From the sequence record LT598654.1: a DNA stretch of 64,000 bases. One strand, given 5' to 3'. Shown here piece after piece: positions 56,440-64,000 of the stretch. Numbering within the stretch: the first letter of the stretch is position 1; every line of letters starts with the position of its first letter. The position numbers and the translations under genes were made by a program. The notes under the pieces are model-generated. The model ran no database searches. It was not told the origin of the DNA and saw only the letters and a program-made list of their open reading frames with translations.

Positions 56440-56508
56440 ACCGGATTCTCCTTATGTATGCTATTTACAGTATTTGAAGAAATGAAGGGAACGTCCTTGT
56501 TCCTTATT

Positions 56509-57057
56509 TTACTCTGCTTTAGGTTCAGGGTCGAACCTGTTGCAGGTTAACGCACGGCATAATTCTCGGATAGGAACTTGGTAGCCGCTAGGGGTATGGG
56601 TTTCTATGCAATTGTGTTTTCGAATAACAGGTTTAGCACGGATTAGTAGTCCAGCCCTGAACAAAACATCGAGGTGTTGAGCAACAGTGTCAAAGCTAAG
56701 CTGTATGTTGTACATTGACTTAACTTTGCGAATCACTTGGTACTTGGTAAGTGTCTTGCTGAGGGAATTTCGATTGAGCATATTGTAGTTGACTACAGTA
56801 CCACGACTATAACGTACCAAAAACTGAGAAACATTATAGTCAAGAGCACAGATTGCTTTCCATATCTTAACAGAAGTTTTACTGGTGTCTGGATAAGAAA
56901 TACAGTACAGGTCTGTGAACGCAATCAACGCCAAACTGTGACGCTTAAGGTTGTAGTCGATTGTGGTTACACAATCAACGAGACTGACCAGCACAGAGTG
57001 GTCAGGCTCTATAGACTTAGTGAGAGTGGTTTGGGTCATCGCAGCCACATTCATCAT
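56509..57057 (-). CDS. Hypothetical protein, possible winged helix (176-182 aa)
   Basis: LTKYQVIRKV...LSFDTVAQHLDVLFRAGLLIR is a typical wHTH recognition helix-wing pattern. Alternative start at 57039. Confidence 0.6.
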   Translation of the reverse strand: MMNVAAMTQTTLTKSIEPDHSVLVSLVDCVTTIDYNLKRHSLALIAFTDLYCISYPDTSKTSVKIWKAICALDYNVSQFLVRYSRGTVVNYNMLNRNSLSKTLTKYQVIRKVKSMYNIQLSFDTVAQHLDVLFRAGLLIRAKPVIRKHNCIETHTPSGYQVPIRELCRALTCNRFDPEPKAE

Positions 57058-57667
57058 CCTCTAAATCGAATTCACCATCATCTGGAAAGTCTAAAGGCAT
57101 TTCCAGTGCGAAAGGGATGTAGTGAGGATTAGGTGCATACTCACCCGTTTCAGAATTGACTTCAAACCAACCCCAAGACTCCAGTTGAATGCACACACGC
57201 TTAACAGTAGACGGAGTACCTTTCCATTTGAAAAGGTTCTTCATACGACGATAAAGAATACCAGGAGAAGCATAGATAACTTCCATATCTTGCATAAACG
57301 CATTGATATAATTGGAACTATCTTTTGCAGCTTCCAGCAGGTCTTTATCTACCTTCGCCTCTTCATCAGTGCGAAGAAGGTGCAGGATATTACCAATGTT
57401 ACTGCAACGATCAAGCTCGTCCATGTAAGTTGTATAGTTAATATCCAACGCAGCTAAGGTAAGCAATTCGAAAGTCTCACGGAACTTGGCATCACGATAA
57501 GTAAAACCCGGAACCAAAACAGTCTGCTGCAACAGACTAAAGAAGTGCGTAACATTCTGCTTGATCAGAGGCTCTGCTTCTGCTACAGACTTGGCAGCAT
57601 CGGTAGCAGCAACAATACTTAATGCTTCGTCAGCATTGGCAGGAGTTTGAGTTTGAATAGGTTCCAT
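57017..57667 (-). CDS. Hypothetical protein, possible C-terminal winged helix (216 aa)
   Basis: TPSTVKRVCIQLESWGWFEV...GEYAPN wHTH-like segment; acidic tail ending CGCDDPNHSH. Confidence 0.65.
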   Translation of the reverse strand: MEPIQTQTPANADEALSIVAATDAAKSVAEAEPLIKQNVTHFFSLLQQTVLVPGFTYRDAKFRETFELLTLAALDINYTTYMDELDRCSNIGNILHLLRTDEEAKVDKDLLEAAKDSSNYINAFMQDMEVIYASPGILYRRMKNLFKWKGTPSTVKRVCIQLESWGWFEVNSETGEYAPNPHYIPFALEMPLDFPDDGEFDLEDDECGCDDPNHSH

Positions 57668-58639
57668 TTAACTTACCTTCTTTTTCTTGAGTCTACGACG
57701 CTTAGGTTTGGTGGTCTCTTTCTCTTTGGTTTTCTTAGCAGGTTTAGCTGCCGGTTTCTTTTTAGCTAAGGCTTTCTGTTCTTCGGCAGCTTTCTTCGCT
57801 GCACGTTTCTCTTTAGCCTGTCGCTGAAAATCTTTTATGGTAACACCTTGTTGATCACTGTACAGGCTTTCATTGTCGATAACCTTAACAATGTAGTTCA
57901 GGTCGTAAGCCTGCATACCAACTTTATTACCGATAGCTTCGTAGCTGAACGCTTTACCTGATTCTTTGGCTTCGCGTATCATAGCACAAGCATCCTGCGC
58001 TTTCTTACCTACGTCACTAAGCAAGAGTTCGCGGAATTTATCCTGCTTATATTTGGTTAGGTCTAAGTCACCGCGCAACTTTAAGAACATACGCTCCAAA
58101 GTATCGGCATCATGACCTTGATAAATCCAATTACAGATAGCGAAGGTAACAGGCTTCTGCATGGTTGAAGACTTCAAGGTATAAATGATAGTCATCAAAG
58201 GCATCAGGATTGTACCAACCGATTTAGTACGGTCGAGAACTTTGGACATATAGTTTTCTTTGTCACGAGAAACAGCACCCGGTTCTGCAACAAATTGTTC
58301 GGTACGCCATTCAGTCATCAAGTATTTGATACCAGGCATTTCAGGATTGTTTTTAAAGTCCAGCCAAATACTATTGGTAAACTCTGCACATCGGAAGCAA
58401 GGAGCAAACACGTAAAAGCTGTGATGCTTAAATGCTGAGTGCGATAGCAATTCAAAGTTACGACGTAGATCACGGTAGGAGATAAAAACAATGTTGCGGG
58501 ATTTCTTTGCAACTGATGTTTTTAATTTTGCTCCGAACGAAACCAAATGAAACTCAGAAGGGTGCATATCATAGGTATCATGTGCCCAACTGAGGAATTG
58601 TTCTGGCGAATGGTTCGCAATACATAACAAGCGAGACAT
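57668..58639 (-). CDS. Hypothetical protein with HTH-like segment and basic tail (323 aa)
   Basis: FSYEAIGNKVGMQAYDLNYIVK is HTH-like; C-terminal KKKPAAKPAKK...KRRRLKKKK. Confidence 0.7.
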   Translation of the reverse strand: MSRLLCIANHSPEQFLSWAHDTYDMHPSEFHLVSFGAKLKTSVAKKSRNIVFISYRDLRRNFELLSHSAFKHHSFYVFAPCFRCAEFTNSIWLDFKNNPEMPGIKYLMTEWRTEQFVAEPGAVSRDKENYMSKVLDRTKSVGTILMPLMTIIYTLKSSTMQKPVTFAICNWIYQGHDADTLERMFLKLRGDLDLTKYKQDKFRELLLSDVGKKAQDACAMIREAKESGKAFSYEAIGNKVGMQAYDLNYIVKVIDNESLYSDQQGVTIKDFQRQAKEKRAAKKAAEEQKALAKKKPAAKPAKKTKEKETTKPKRRRLKKKKVS

Positions 58640-59598
58640 TAAGACTCCTGTTCAGTTATTCTTATACTCTTTTTACTATTTACACTTTCGCTCATTCTAG
58701 TTTTAAAGAGTTCCTGCAGGTCATCAGGCAGTATCTTGGTGCTAGTAGTGAATCCACCTACATAAAGACTACCGCCTCCCTCCATGAGTTCAGAGATTTT
58801 ACCTGCGTGTAGTTTACTTTCTGGAAGTGTGCGAACAGACCAATAACGTTTATTGCCTGTGTCGGTATAACTAAGAGCAATACCGCACTTACTAGCAAGG
58901 ATAGTTAAACAACCTTCGACAAAAGTTTTAGGTATGTTTAATATTGGAACCTGCTTGTCCAGAATATCGTAGTACTCAGCCCGGTTGTTGTACGAGTTAA
59001 CTAGGCTTTCAATAAACTTGTAGTAATGGTGACCGTCGTTGATCAGCTTTGCTACAGATTCAGTATTACGAAGGCGCTCCAAGTTGTTTTGGAAGAAAGT
59101 ATTCAAACTGATAAAATCAAAGTGAACACTAAGACCCATACAAATAAAATATGAATTAGGTACAGTTGGGTTGGACTGCCTTACCTGCATATCTTCAATA
59201 GCCAAAAACAACTGAGGCACAGGCTGGTCATCTACAAAGTGAGACCATGCCAAACAACAGCTGGCTCTGTTTGAACTGTGAATGACCTCAAGTTTTTTAC
59301 GAATACTCGGGTCAAAGGATTCAGCGATATGCTTTGTACCTGGATGGTGATCAATAAAGTAAACTTTATCAGCCGAGTATACCAGAGTATCAAGATTACG
59401 CATAGCGATAGACAGTCCGATTATATAGACTGTCTTGCCCGAAACATCATAGGTATGTAGGTTTTCAAGTGTACAATAATCAACACCTTCGTAGTGAGCA
59501 CTGTTTTGGAAAATCTTCCAAGCAGCGTATGCTCCTGCTTTTCCATTAAGAGTACCTTCGTGGAAGAACACTATGATTTCTTTATTGAGCTTTCTCAT
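58639..59598 (-). CDS. DHH/DHHA1-family protein (NrnB/RecJ-like), probably catalytically degenerate
   Basis: IDHH motif, SCCLAWSHF, DHHA1 WSVR...GGGS...GGF; the other metal-binding Asp positions are substituted. Confidence 0.8.
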   Translation of the reverse strand: MRKLNKEIIVFFHEGTLNGKAGAYAAWKIFQNSAHYEGVDYCTLENLHTYDVSGKTVYIIGLSIAMRNLDTLVYSADKVYFIDHHPGTKHIAESFDPSIRKKLEVIHSSNRASCCLAWSHFVDDQPVPQLFLAIEDMQVRQSNPTVPNSYFICMGLSVHFDFISLNTFFQNNLERLRNTESVAKLINDGHHYYKFIESLVNSYNNRAEYYDILDKQVPILNIPKTFVEGCLTILASKCGIALSYTDTGNKRYWSVRTLPESKLHAGKISELMEGGGSLYVGGFTTSTKILPDDLQELFKTRMSESVNSKKSIRITEQES

Positions 59599-62041
59599 GG
59601 GTCTTACCTGAGTTGATAGAACTTACCCCATTCCGCTTTTCAATTGTCCACAATTCACACTCACTGAAAATATCAGTAGACTTAGGTGTAATCCAAAATA
59701 TGTGAGGAACAAGTGAACGGAGTTTAGGAATAAATTCTTTTGCTAAGTGTTCACGTACAGCATCACTACAAGCACTATCAGGTTCATCCAGTATCATAAA
59801 GTTGGTTCTGCGATTAGCAGGAACAAGCGGTAGAATACTGATAGCGAAAAGTAATCTAAAGCAATTAGTTTCCGCACCTGAGAGTTTTGATATGTCACTT
59901 GAAAGTCCGTTCTTCCTGGTGACCACGGCATCAATTCCCTGAGTACCTGCATCTAACTTAAATACCATTGTCTCAGGAAATACCATATGACTAAAGTTGT
60001 TTAGGTTAGCTTCTATTATTTTTAGTATTTTGGTTGCTTGTCGTAGTTTAAGGTTTGTATTGCCGAATGCACCGTAGAGAGTTTCGACAATCTTTTTCTC
60101 CTCAATTATAGGACGCGACTTAGATAGCTTTGCATCTAATTCGTGCTTCTGTTCAGTGAGCAGAGACCAATTACTCTTTGCACTTTCCAACGCAACAAGT
60201 TTTGAACTCTGTTCTTTTGAGGATGCGTTTAACTCCGAAATACTATCTTCGTATTCGGAGATTGAAGAATCCATATCAGCCAAATGTGTTTTGAGTTTAG
60301 CGCCTGCTTTTTTGTATTCAAGCTTAACGCAAAGGCTTTTAATGGATTTCAATTCGTCTTTACCAATAGAGGTAATAGACTTGAATAACTGACTAAGACG
60401 ATCAAACTGTTTGAAGTAATCATATATATCTTCGATAAGCTTATCTACGGTTTCTGAATTCAAGTCAGGATAGTTAAGCTTACCTTTTGGAGACACGGGT
60501 ACTGTGATGGAGTCAAGCTTAATGTCGATTTCATCGAGACTAGATACAATCTCCTCCAATTCAGAAAGCTTTTTACTTTCCTTCTTGAGGTTCTCGCGCA
60601 TGACATTCAAGGCTTCCAATTCTTTTTCAAGCTTGGTAGTATCCGTAATAGACTCTTGCAATTCATTGTAAGCATGTACCAGTTTCTGCGCCTGTTTTAA
60701 TTGCTTCAACTTAGGTAAACGCTTTTCAGCTTTCTTAGCCTGAGTTTTGAGTTTTGCCTGGTTAATCTTCTGATTACACGTAGGACATTCTGAATGGTCT
60801 TCAAGCTCTTGGTAAAGTTCAATAACAGTACTGAGCATAGACATTTCATCAGACACATCAGTATCCAGATCAACATCAGTAACCTTTTTAAACCCGAAGC
60901 TTTTTAGTTTATCTAAAATACCATCTGCTTCGTCTATAGTTTCAATCTGCTCCTCAAGCTTTGCGCTGAGTTTGGAATAATCTGATTTAACTTTGGAAAA
61001 GGCTTCGTCTATTTCACGTAATGCCTTGCGGATTAATTTAACACCTAATGACTTCTGTTTCTTTGGAAGTTTAAGTGCCTTAACTTCGGCTAGCAGGTCT
61101 TTCTTGGTAGCATTTAACTTAGCGACTTTCTTCTTGTGGTCGGCAACTGCTTGCTCATAGTCCTCAAGCTTAGTACCTAAGATCAAGTCGGCTTCCAATT
61201 CTTTTTCCAGCACATGAATATCGGAGTTATACTTGGTCAAAGGCTTAGATGCTTTAGCCAAAAACTTTAGGGCTTTAACCAATTTATCTAGTGCTTTGAA
61301 GTCACTCTTGGCATCATTAAGTTCTTGGTAAAGCTGTTCCAGTTTACTGCTTGCTGCTTCTGCTTTAGCACGTAGAGATTTTAATTCTTTGTTTTTCTTT
61401 GCAGACCAACCTGTTTTACCTAAGCTACGCTCAACACTATCCAACTGAGCAGAAAGAGAACCGAATTCAATTTCTTTTTCTTTAATTGCTTGCTTGCGCT
61501 TGCTAAAGTAGGCTCGAATCTGATCATAAAAATGCAGGTCAAACAGATTAGTAATAAAGTTCAAGCGTTCACTCGGTTTCGCTTTTTGGAAATCACAAGG
61601 TCGTTGAGATTGAATGTACGCAGTGGTATAGAATTCTTCTTGTCGAAGTGTCCAGTGGTCTCCGAAGATACCTCTTGCTATATCACCTTTTTGTGCTTTC
61701 TGGTCTTCACCATCCAAGAACACTTTATATTTAGCGCCGATTTGGTCTAGCTGAACATGCTTACCTTCATTAGATAAGAAGTCTATTGCAATACTAGAAC
61801 CTTTTGTTCCGTGTAAATCTTTTTTGTTTTTCTTTGTTAGCGATAGAGGGTCAGCTTCATACGCAGCAGTAGGCAATGCAGACCAAAACAAACTTTTACC
61901 AGCACCGTTTGAGTTGTTCGCAATGTTACTGTCATGGTTGATACCATTTACTACTACGAAGCCGTTGTTTTCCTCTACAGCTACAGTGGCGTCCTTAAAG
62001 CTAACAACGTTCTTTAAGGTAATGCCTTTAAGGCGTATCAT
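59582..62041 (-). CDS. sbcC: SbcC/Rad50-like SMC ATPase
   Basis: Walker A SNGAGKS, Q-loop YIQSQ, long coiled coil with central Zn-hook CPTC, signature LSGAE, Walker B ILDEPD, terminal ITP. Confidence 0.93.
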   Translation of the reverse strand: MIRLKGITLKNVVSFKDATVAVEENNGFVVVNGINHDSNIANNSNGAGKSLFWSALPTAAYEADPLSLTKKNKKDLHGTKGSSIAIDFLSNEGKHVQLDQIGAKYKVFLDGEDQKAQKGDIARGIFGDHWTLRQEEFYTTAYIQSQRPCDFQKAKPSERLNFITNLFDLHFYDQIRAYFSKRKQAIKEKEIEFGSLSAQLDSVERSLGKTGWSAKKNKELKSLRAKAEAASSKLEQLYQELNDAKSDFKALDKLVKALKFLAKASKPLTKYNSDIHVLEKELEADLILGTKLEDYEQAVADHKKKVAKLNATKKDLLAEVKALKLPKKQKSLGVKLIRKALREIDEAFSKVKSDYSKLSAKLEEQIETIDEADGILDKLKSFGFKKVTDVDLDTDVSDEMSMLSTVIELYQELEDHSECPTCNQKINQAKLKTQAKKAEKRLPKLKQLKQAQKLVHAYNELQESITDTTKLEKELEALNVMRENLKKESKKLSELEEIVSSLDEIDIKLDSITVPVSPKGKLNYPDLNSETVDKLIEDIYDYFKQFDRLSQLFKSITSIGKDELKSIKSLCVKLEYKKAGAKLKTHLADMDSSISEYEDSISELNASSKEQSSKLVALESAKSNWSLLTEQKHELDAKLSKSRPIIEEKKIVETLYGAFGNTNLKLRQATKILKIIEANLNNFSHMVFPETMVFKLDAGTQGIDAVVTRKNGLSSDISKLSGAETNCFRLLFAISILPLVPANRRTNFMILDEPDSACSDAVREHLAKEFIPKLRSLVPHIFWITPKSTDIFSECELWTIEKRNGVSSINSGKTHEKAQ

Positions 62042-62517
62042 TGTCCTAGCAGTATTCCTAAATGTGATCTAAAGGCGTTTGTGGTGGCATTAAAATGAGC
62101 GTAGGCATTTGTTACCAGCTTGTGTGCTCGATGCTCTAATCGGTATACAAACTCGCGCAACTCACTTGCATCGTACCCGTCATACTCTGACTGGGTGCAT
62201 TGGTATTCAGAAGTACGACAATAGATAGGTACGCCGTTTACTGTATCCTGGATAGTAGGTAAATCGAACTCCGCAAAAACTGATCCATTGTCCGCGTATA
62301 CACAGCAGTTAAGAAATACTTTAGAGCGCAGGGAAAACAAACTAGGATTCGTGAGTACACTATCCTGTTTCAAGTTACGCAGATTAGGAGAGCCTGCGAT
62401 TTTTTTAATATGTTCTTCCAACTCACCCGCATCATTTGTCAATCGTTCAAACTGAATGCCAACATCGGAATGTATTGAATACCGGTAGTCAAAAGCGTAG
62501 ACGTAGAATTGCCTCAT
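62038..62517 (-). CDS. Hypothetical protein (159 aa)
   Basis: Coupled ORF (4-nt overlaps on both sides). Confidence 0.7.
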   Translation of the reverse strand: MRQFYVYAFDYRYSIHSDVGIQFERLTNDAGELEEHIKKIAGSPNLRNLKQDSVLTNPSLFSLRSKVFLNCCVYADNGSVFAEFDLPTIQDTVNGVPIYCRTSEYQCTQSEYDGYDASELREFVYRLEHRAHKLVTNAYAHFNATTNAFRSHLGILLGQ

Positions 62518-63206
62518 AAGGTTTGAGTCTCGTAATCTTCTCTAACAAGGTAGTGAATAGGTTCTATGTACGCGGCATACGTAGCACGTAAGATAGACAC
62601 CATACCCTCACTAAGTTCAAACCTTGATTTACAGATTTTTAAACTGTTTTCAAACGAACCATCTTTGCTTCGAAGGCTACTTGCAGCCCAGTCACACATC
62701 ATTTCAATAACATCGATAAGAGTCATTGAACTTACACCATCTTCATAATGCTCAGGGTGGTGACGGTTGTGGGCATAGTGATTATCCAACGCAGGTTTCA
62801 AACCTACCAAGAACTGGTTGTATTCCTCACTGCCAAACTTTGCAGTCTTTAACTTAGGTGTATACTCAGTGAAAAGTTCTACCTCAACGGAACCAAGTTT
62901 AGACTGGTCATGCGTTAACATACGTTGCATCATAACACTGGCAATAAGGGTAGGTGACGGTGTATTGAATTCACTACGAGTGTTATGTACAACACTCAAT
63001 AAGTCGCTAGGTAACGAAACACGTATTCCATTCTTGGAAGAACAGGCAGCAAGAAGACTGATTAAAGTGGAATCCTGAGGCTCTGGCATAGTGGTGTCTA
63101 CAGCAATCAGGTATCCATGAATACAAGCTGCGATAAAACGTTGAACATGCCAAATATGTTGGTAAGTATCAAAGCCAACCGCTTTTTGCTCTGGGGTATA
63201 TTCCAT
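62514..63206 (-). CDS. DUF5662-family (HD-like) protein
   Basis: HI.HV, THDQSK, GSEEY, HY..NRHHPEHY, MTLIDVIEMMCDW.A match the family as I recall it. Confidence 0.75.
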   Translation of the reverse strand: MEYTPEQKAVGFDTYQHIWHVQRFIAACIHGYLIAVDTTMPEPQDSTLISLLAACSSKNGIRVSLPSDLLSVVHNTRSEFNTPSPTLIASVMMQRMLTHDQSKLGSVEVELFTEYTPKLKTAKFGSEEYNQFLVGLKPALDNHYAHNRHHPEHYEDGVSSMTLIDVIEMMCDWAASSLRSKDGSFENSLKICKSRFELSEGMVSILRATYAAYIEPIHYLVREDYETQTL

Positions 63207-63207
63207 T

Positions 63208-63780
63208 TTAATCTCCGTTTGGTAAAAGAGTCATATCGATCTGTTTATTGGTTATGTTGCTGTCCCGTATCGATACGAGTTTAACAATGTGGCGTATAAC
63301 AATATTGATTTCAGAAAGAAGGCTAGTGCATGTTTTGTGCACACGGTCACTGTTAATAGAACTTAAGGTATATTGAGGAGAATCAGGTTGGTCACTGACC
63401 AAGCACAACGTTGTGTTTTCCAAATCTAAAAGAAAGGCAACACTCTGTTTGTATATACTGTGGAGAGAGTCTTTATCAATTCCGTTGGAATCAAAGTTGC
63501 TGATACCGACACCTAAAGAAAGAAGTATTCTATGAATACCTAGACCTCTTTGGTAATTAGGAGAGACCATCTTTTCTTTGTTTAGGTCAGTTACTACTTG
63601 TCTGAATTGACTGAGTGCATTACTAAAGGCATCTTCCACTTCGTATACGGATTTTCCTTCGGTGTTTAAATCAATATCAATTTCAATGGGTGATAGTTCG
63701 AAAAATTCGACCTCTTCCAAAACATCATCAAGGCGTTTCTCGATTTCCATCAACTGGGATGTGAGTGTTTTGAATTCCAT
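63208..63780 (-). CDS. Hypothetical helical protein (190 aa)
   Basis: SD AGGAAA; packed ORF. Confidence 0.7.
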   Translation of the reverse strand: MEFKTLTSQLMEIEKRLDDVLEEVEFFELSPIEIDIDLNTEGKSVYEVEDAFSNALSQFRQVVTDLNKEKMVSPNYQRGLGIHRILLSLGVGISNFDSNGIDKDSLHSIYKQSVAFLLDLENTTLCLVSDQPDSPQYTLSSINSDRVHKTCTSLLSEINIVIRHIVKLVSIRDSNITNKQIDMTLLPNGD

Positions 63781-63794
63781 GGGTTTCCTGTAAT

Positions 63795-63834
63795 GTGTAG
63801 ATGCCTACCAACTATAAATTATAGACACCTACAC
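63795..63834 (-). promoter_or_regulatory. Intergenic RNA stem-loop
   Basis: GUGUAGGUGUCUAU / GUAGGCAUCUACAC form a 14-bp stem with three G-U pairs that work only on the minus strand; no U-tract. Confidence 0.55.
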
Positions 63835-63843
63835 CTTAGCGTA

Positions 63844-64000
63844 TTATTCTACGTCAGACCATTTGTAGTTAGGGAAGTCTGCAAAAGTCAAACCACCTGT
63901 AATCGACGACAGAACAGATTCTAAGTCAGGCGCTGGATGGTCCGCAGGTTTAACCAGTTTACCATCTTCACGGAAGTAATGACCCGGCTTGAACTTGTTC
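63844..64000 (-). CDS. 3' end of a MazG-like nucleotide pyrophosphohydrolase (partial)
   Basis: Frame NKFKPGHYFREDGKLVKPADHPAPDLESVL...WSDVE* resembles the SK...REDGK.LKP....PDL..IL C-terminus of phage MazG/PRA-PH-like proteins. Not in the ORF track. Confidence 0.6.
   Translation of the reverse strand, partial: NKFKPGHYFREDGKLVKPADHPAPDLESVLSSITGGLTFADFPNYKWSDVE

Noticed and set aside
56478-56506. Hairpin GGAAC-AAGGAC-GTTCC after the 182-aa gene as a terminator
   Set aside because: The stem is only 5-6 bp and the U-tract is broken; too weak to call.
55076-62041. Wadjet/MukBEF defence system
   Set aside because: The ATPase has a Rad50 Zn-hook (CPTC) rather than an SMC hinge, and the nuclease is Mre11-type rather than Toprim JetD. 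Only the weaker accessory-subunit idea was kept.
813-63078. All + strand ORFs in the track, and short minus-strand ORFs nested in other frames
   Set aside because: They lie wholly antisense to or inside long, motif-bearing minus-strand genes, have no recognisable motifs, and many start at alternative codons.
1-64000. tRNA/rRNA genes, phiKZ-type nucleus genes (chimallin, PhuZ, multisubunit RNAP), alternative genetic code, restriction-site avoidance
   Set aside because: The intergenic gaps are short and I saw no cloverleaf. No tubulin or RNAP motifs were found. Genes read through cleanly in the standard code. Site avoidance needs k-mer counts I cannot run; GATC and GGCC do occur.

Overview
This 64 kb window is a gene-dense piece of a large tailed dsDNA phage genome, most likely a jumbo myophage. 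Every credible gene is on the minus strand. The + strand ORFs in the track are antisense shadows. In transcription order (high to low coordinate) it contains: (1) a partial MazG-like gene, a DUF5662 protein, and an SbcC/Rad50 ... SbcD/Mre11 pair separated by a degenerate DHH protein and several helix-turn-helix-like genes; (2) a histone H1/AT-hook-like basic protein behind a very AT-rich, phased A-tract spacer; (3) putative head/neck proteins and an HNH nuclease; (4) a 1942-aa SNF2 ATPase, a family A DNA polymerase with a UDG-like N-terminus, a beta-clamp-like protein and an SF2 helicase; (5) a holin and lytic transglycosylase; (6) scattered queE, folE and queC genes (preQ0 / 7-deazaguanine pathway) and a J-domain protein; (7) the tail sheath, Ig-like fibre genes and a tandem array of five paralogous virion proteins; (8) an acidic protein, an NAD-dependent ligase and a GT2-TPR glycosyltransferase. 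The gene content recalls RSL1/Lu11/PaBG-type jumbo phages; that is my inference and was not searched. I found no tRNA, rRNA, CRISPR array, IS element or intein. The best leads are a possible phage chromatin-like module, an RBS-sequestering leader on the sheath gene, the 7-deazaguanine pathway with no visible DpdA, the paralog array, and possible virion glycosylation. All functional calls come from motif recognition by eye.
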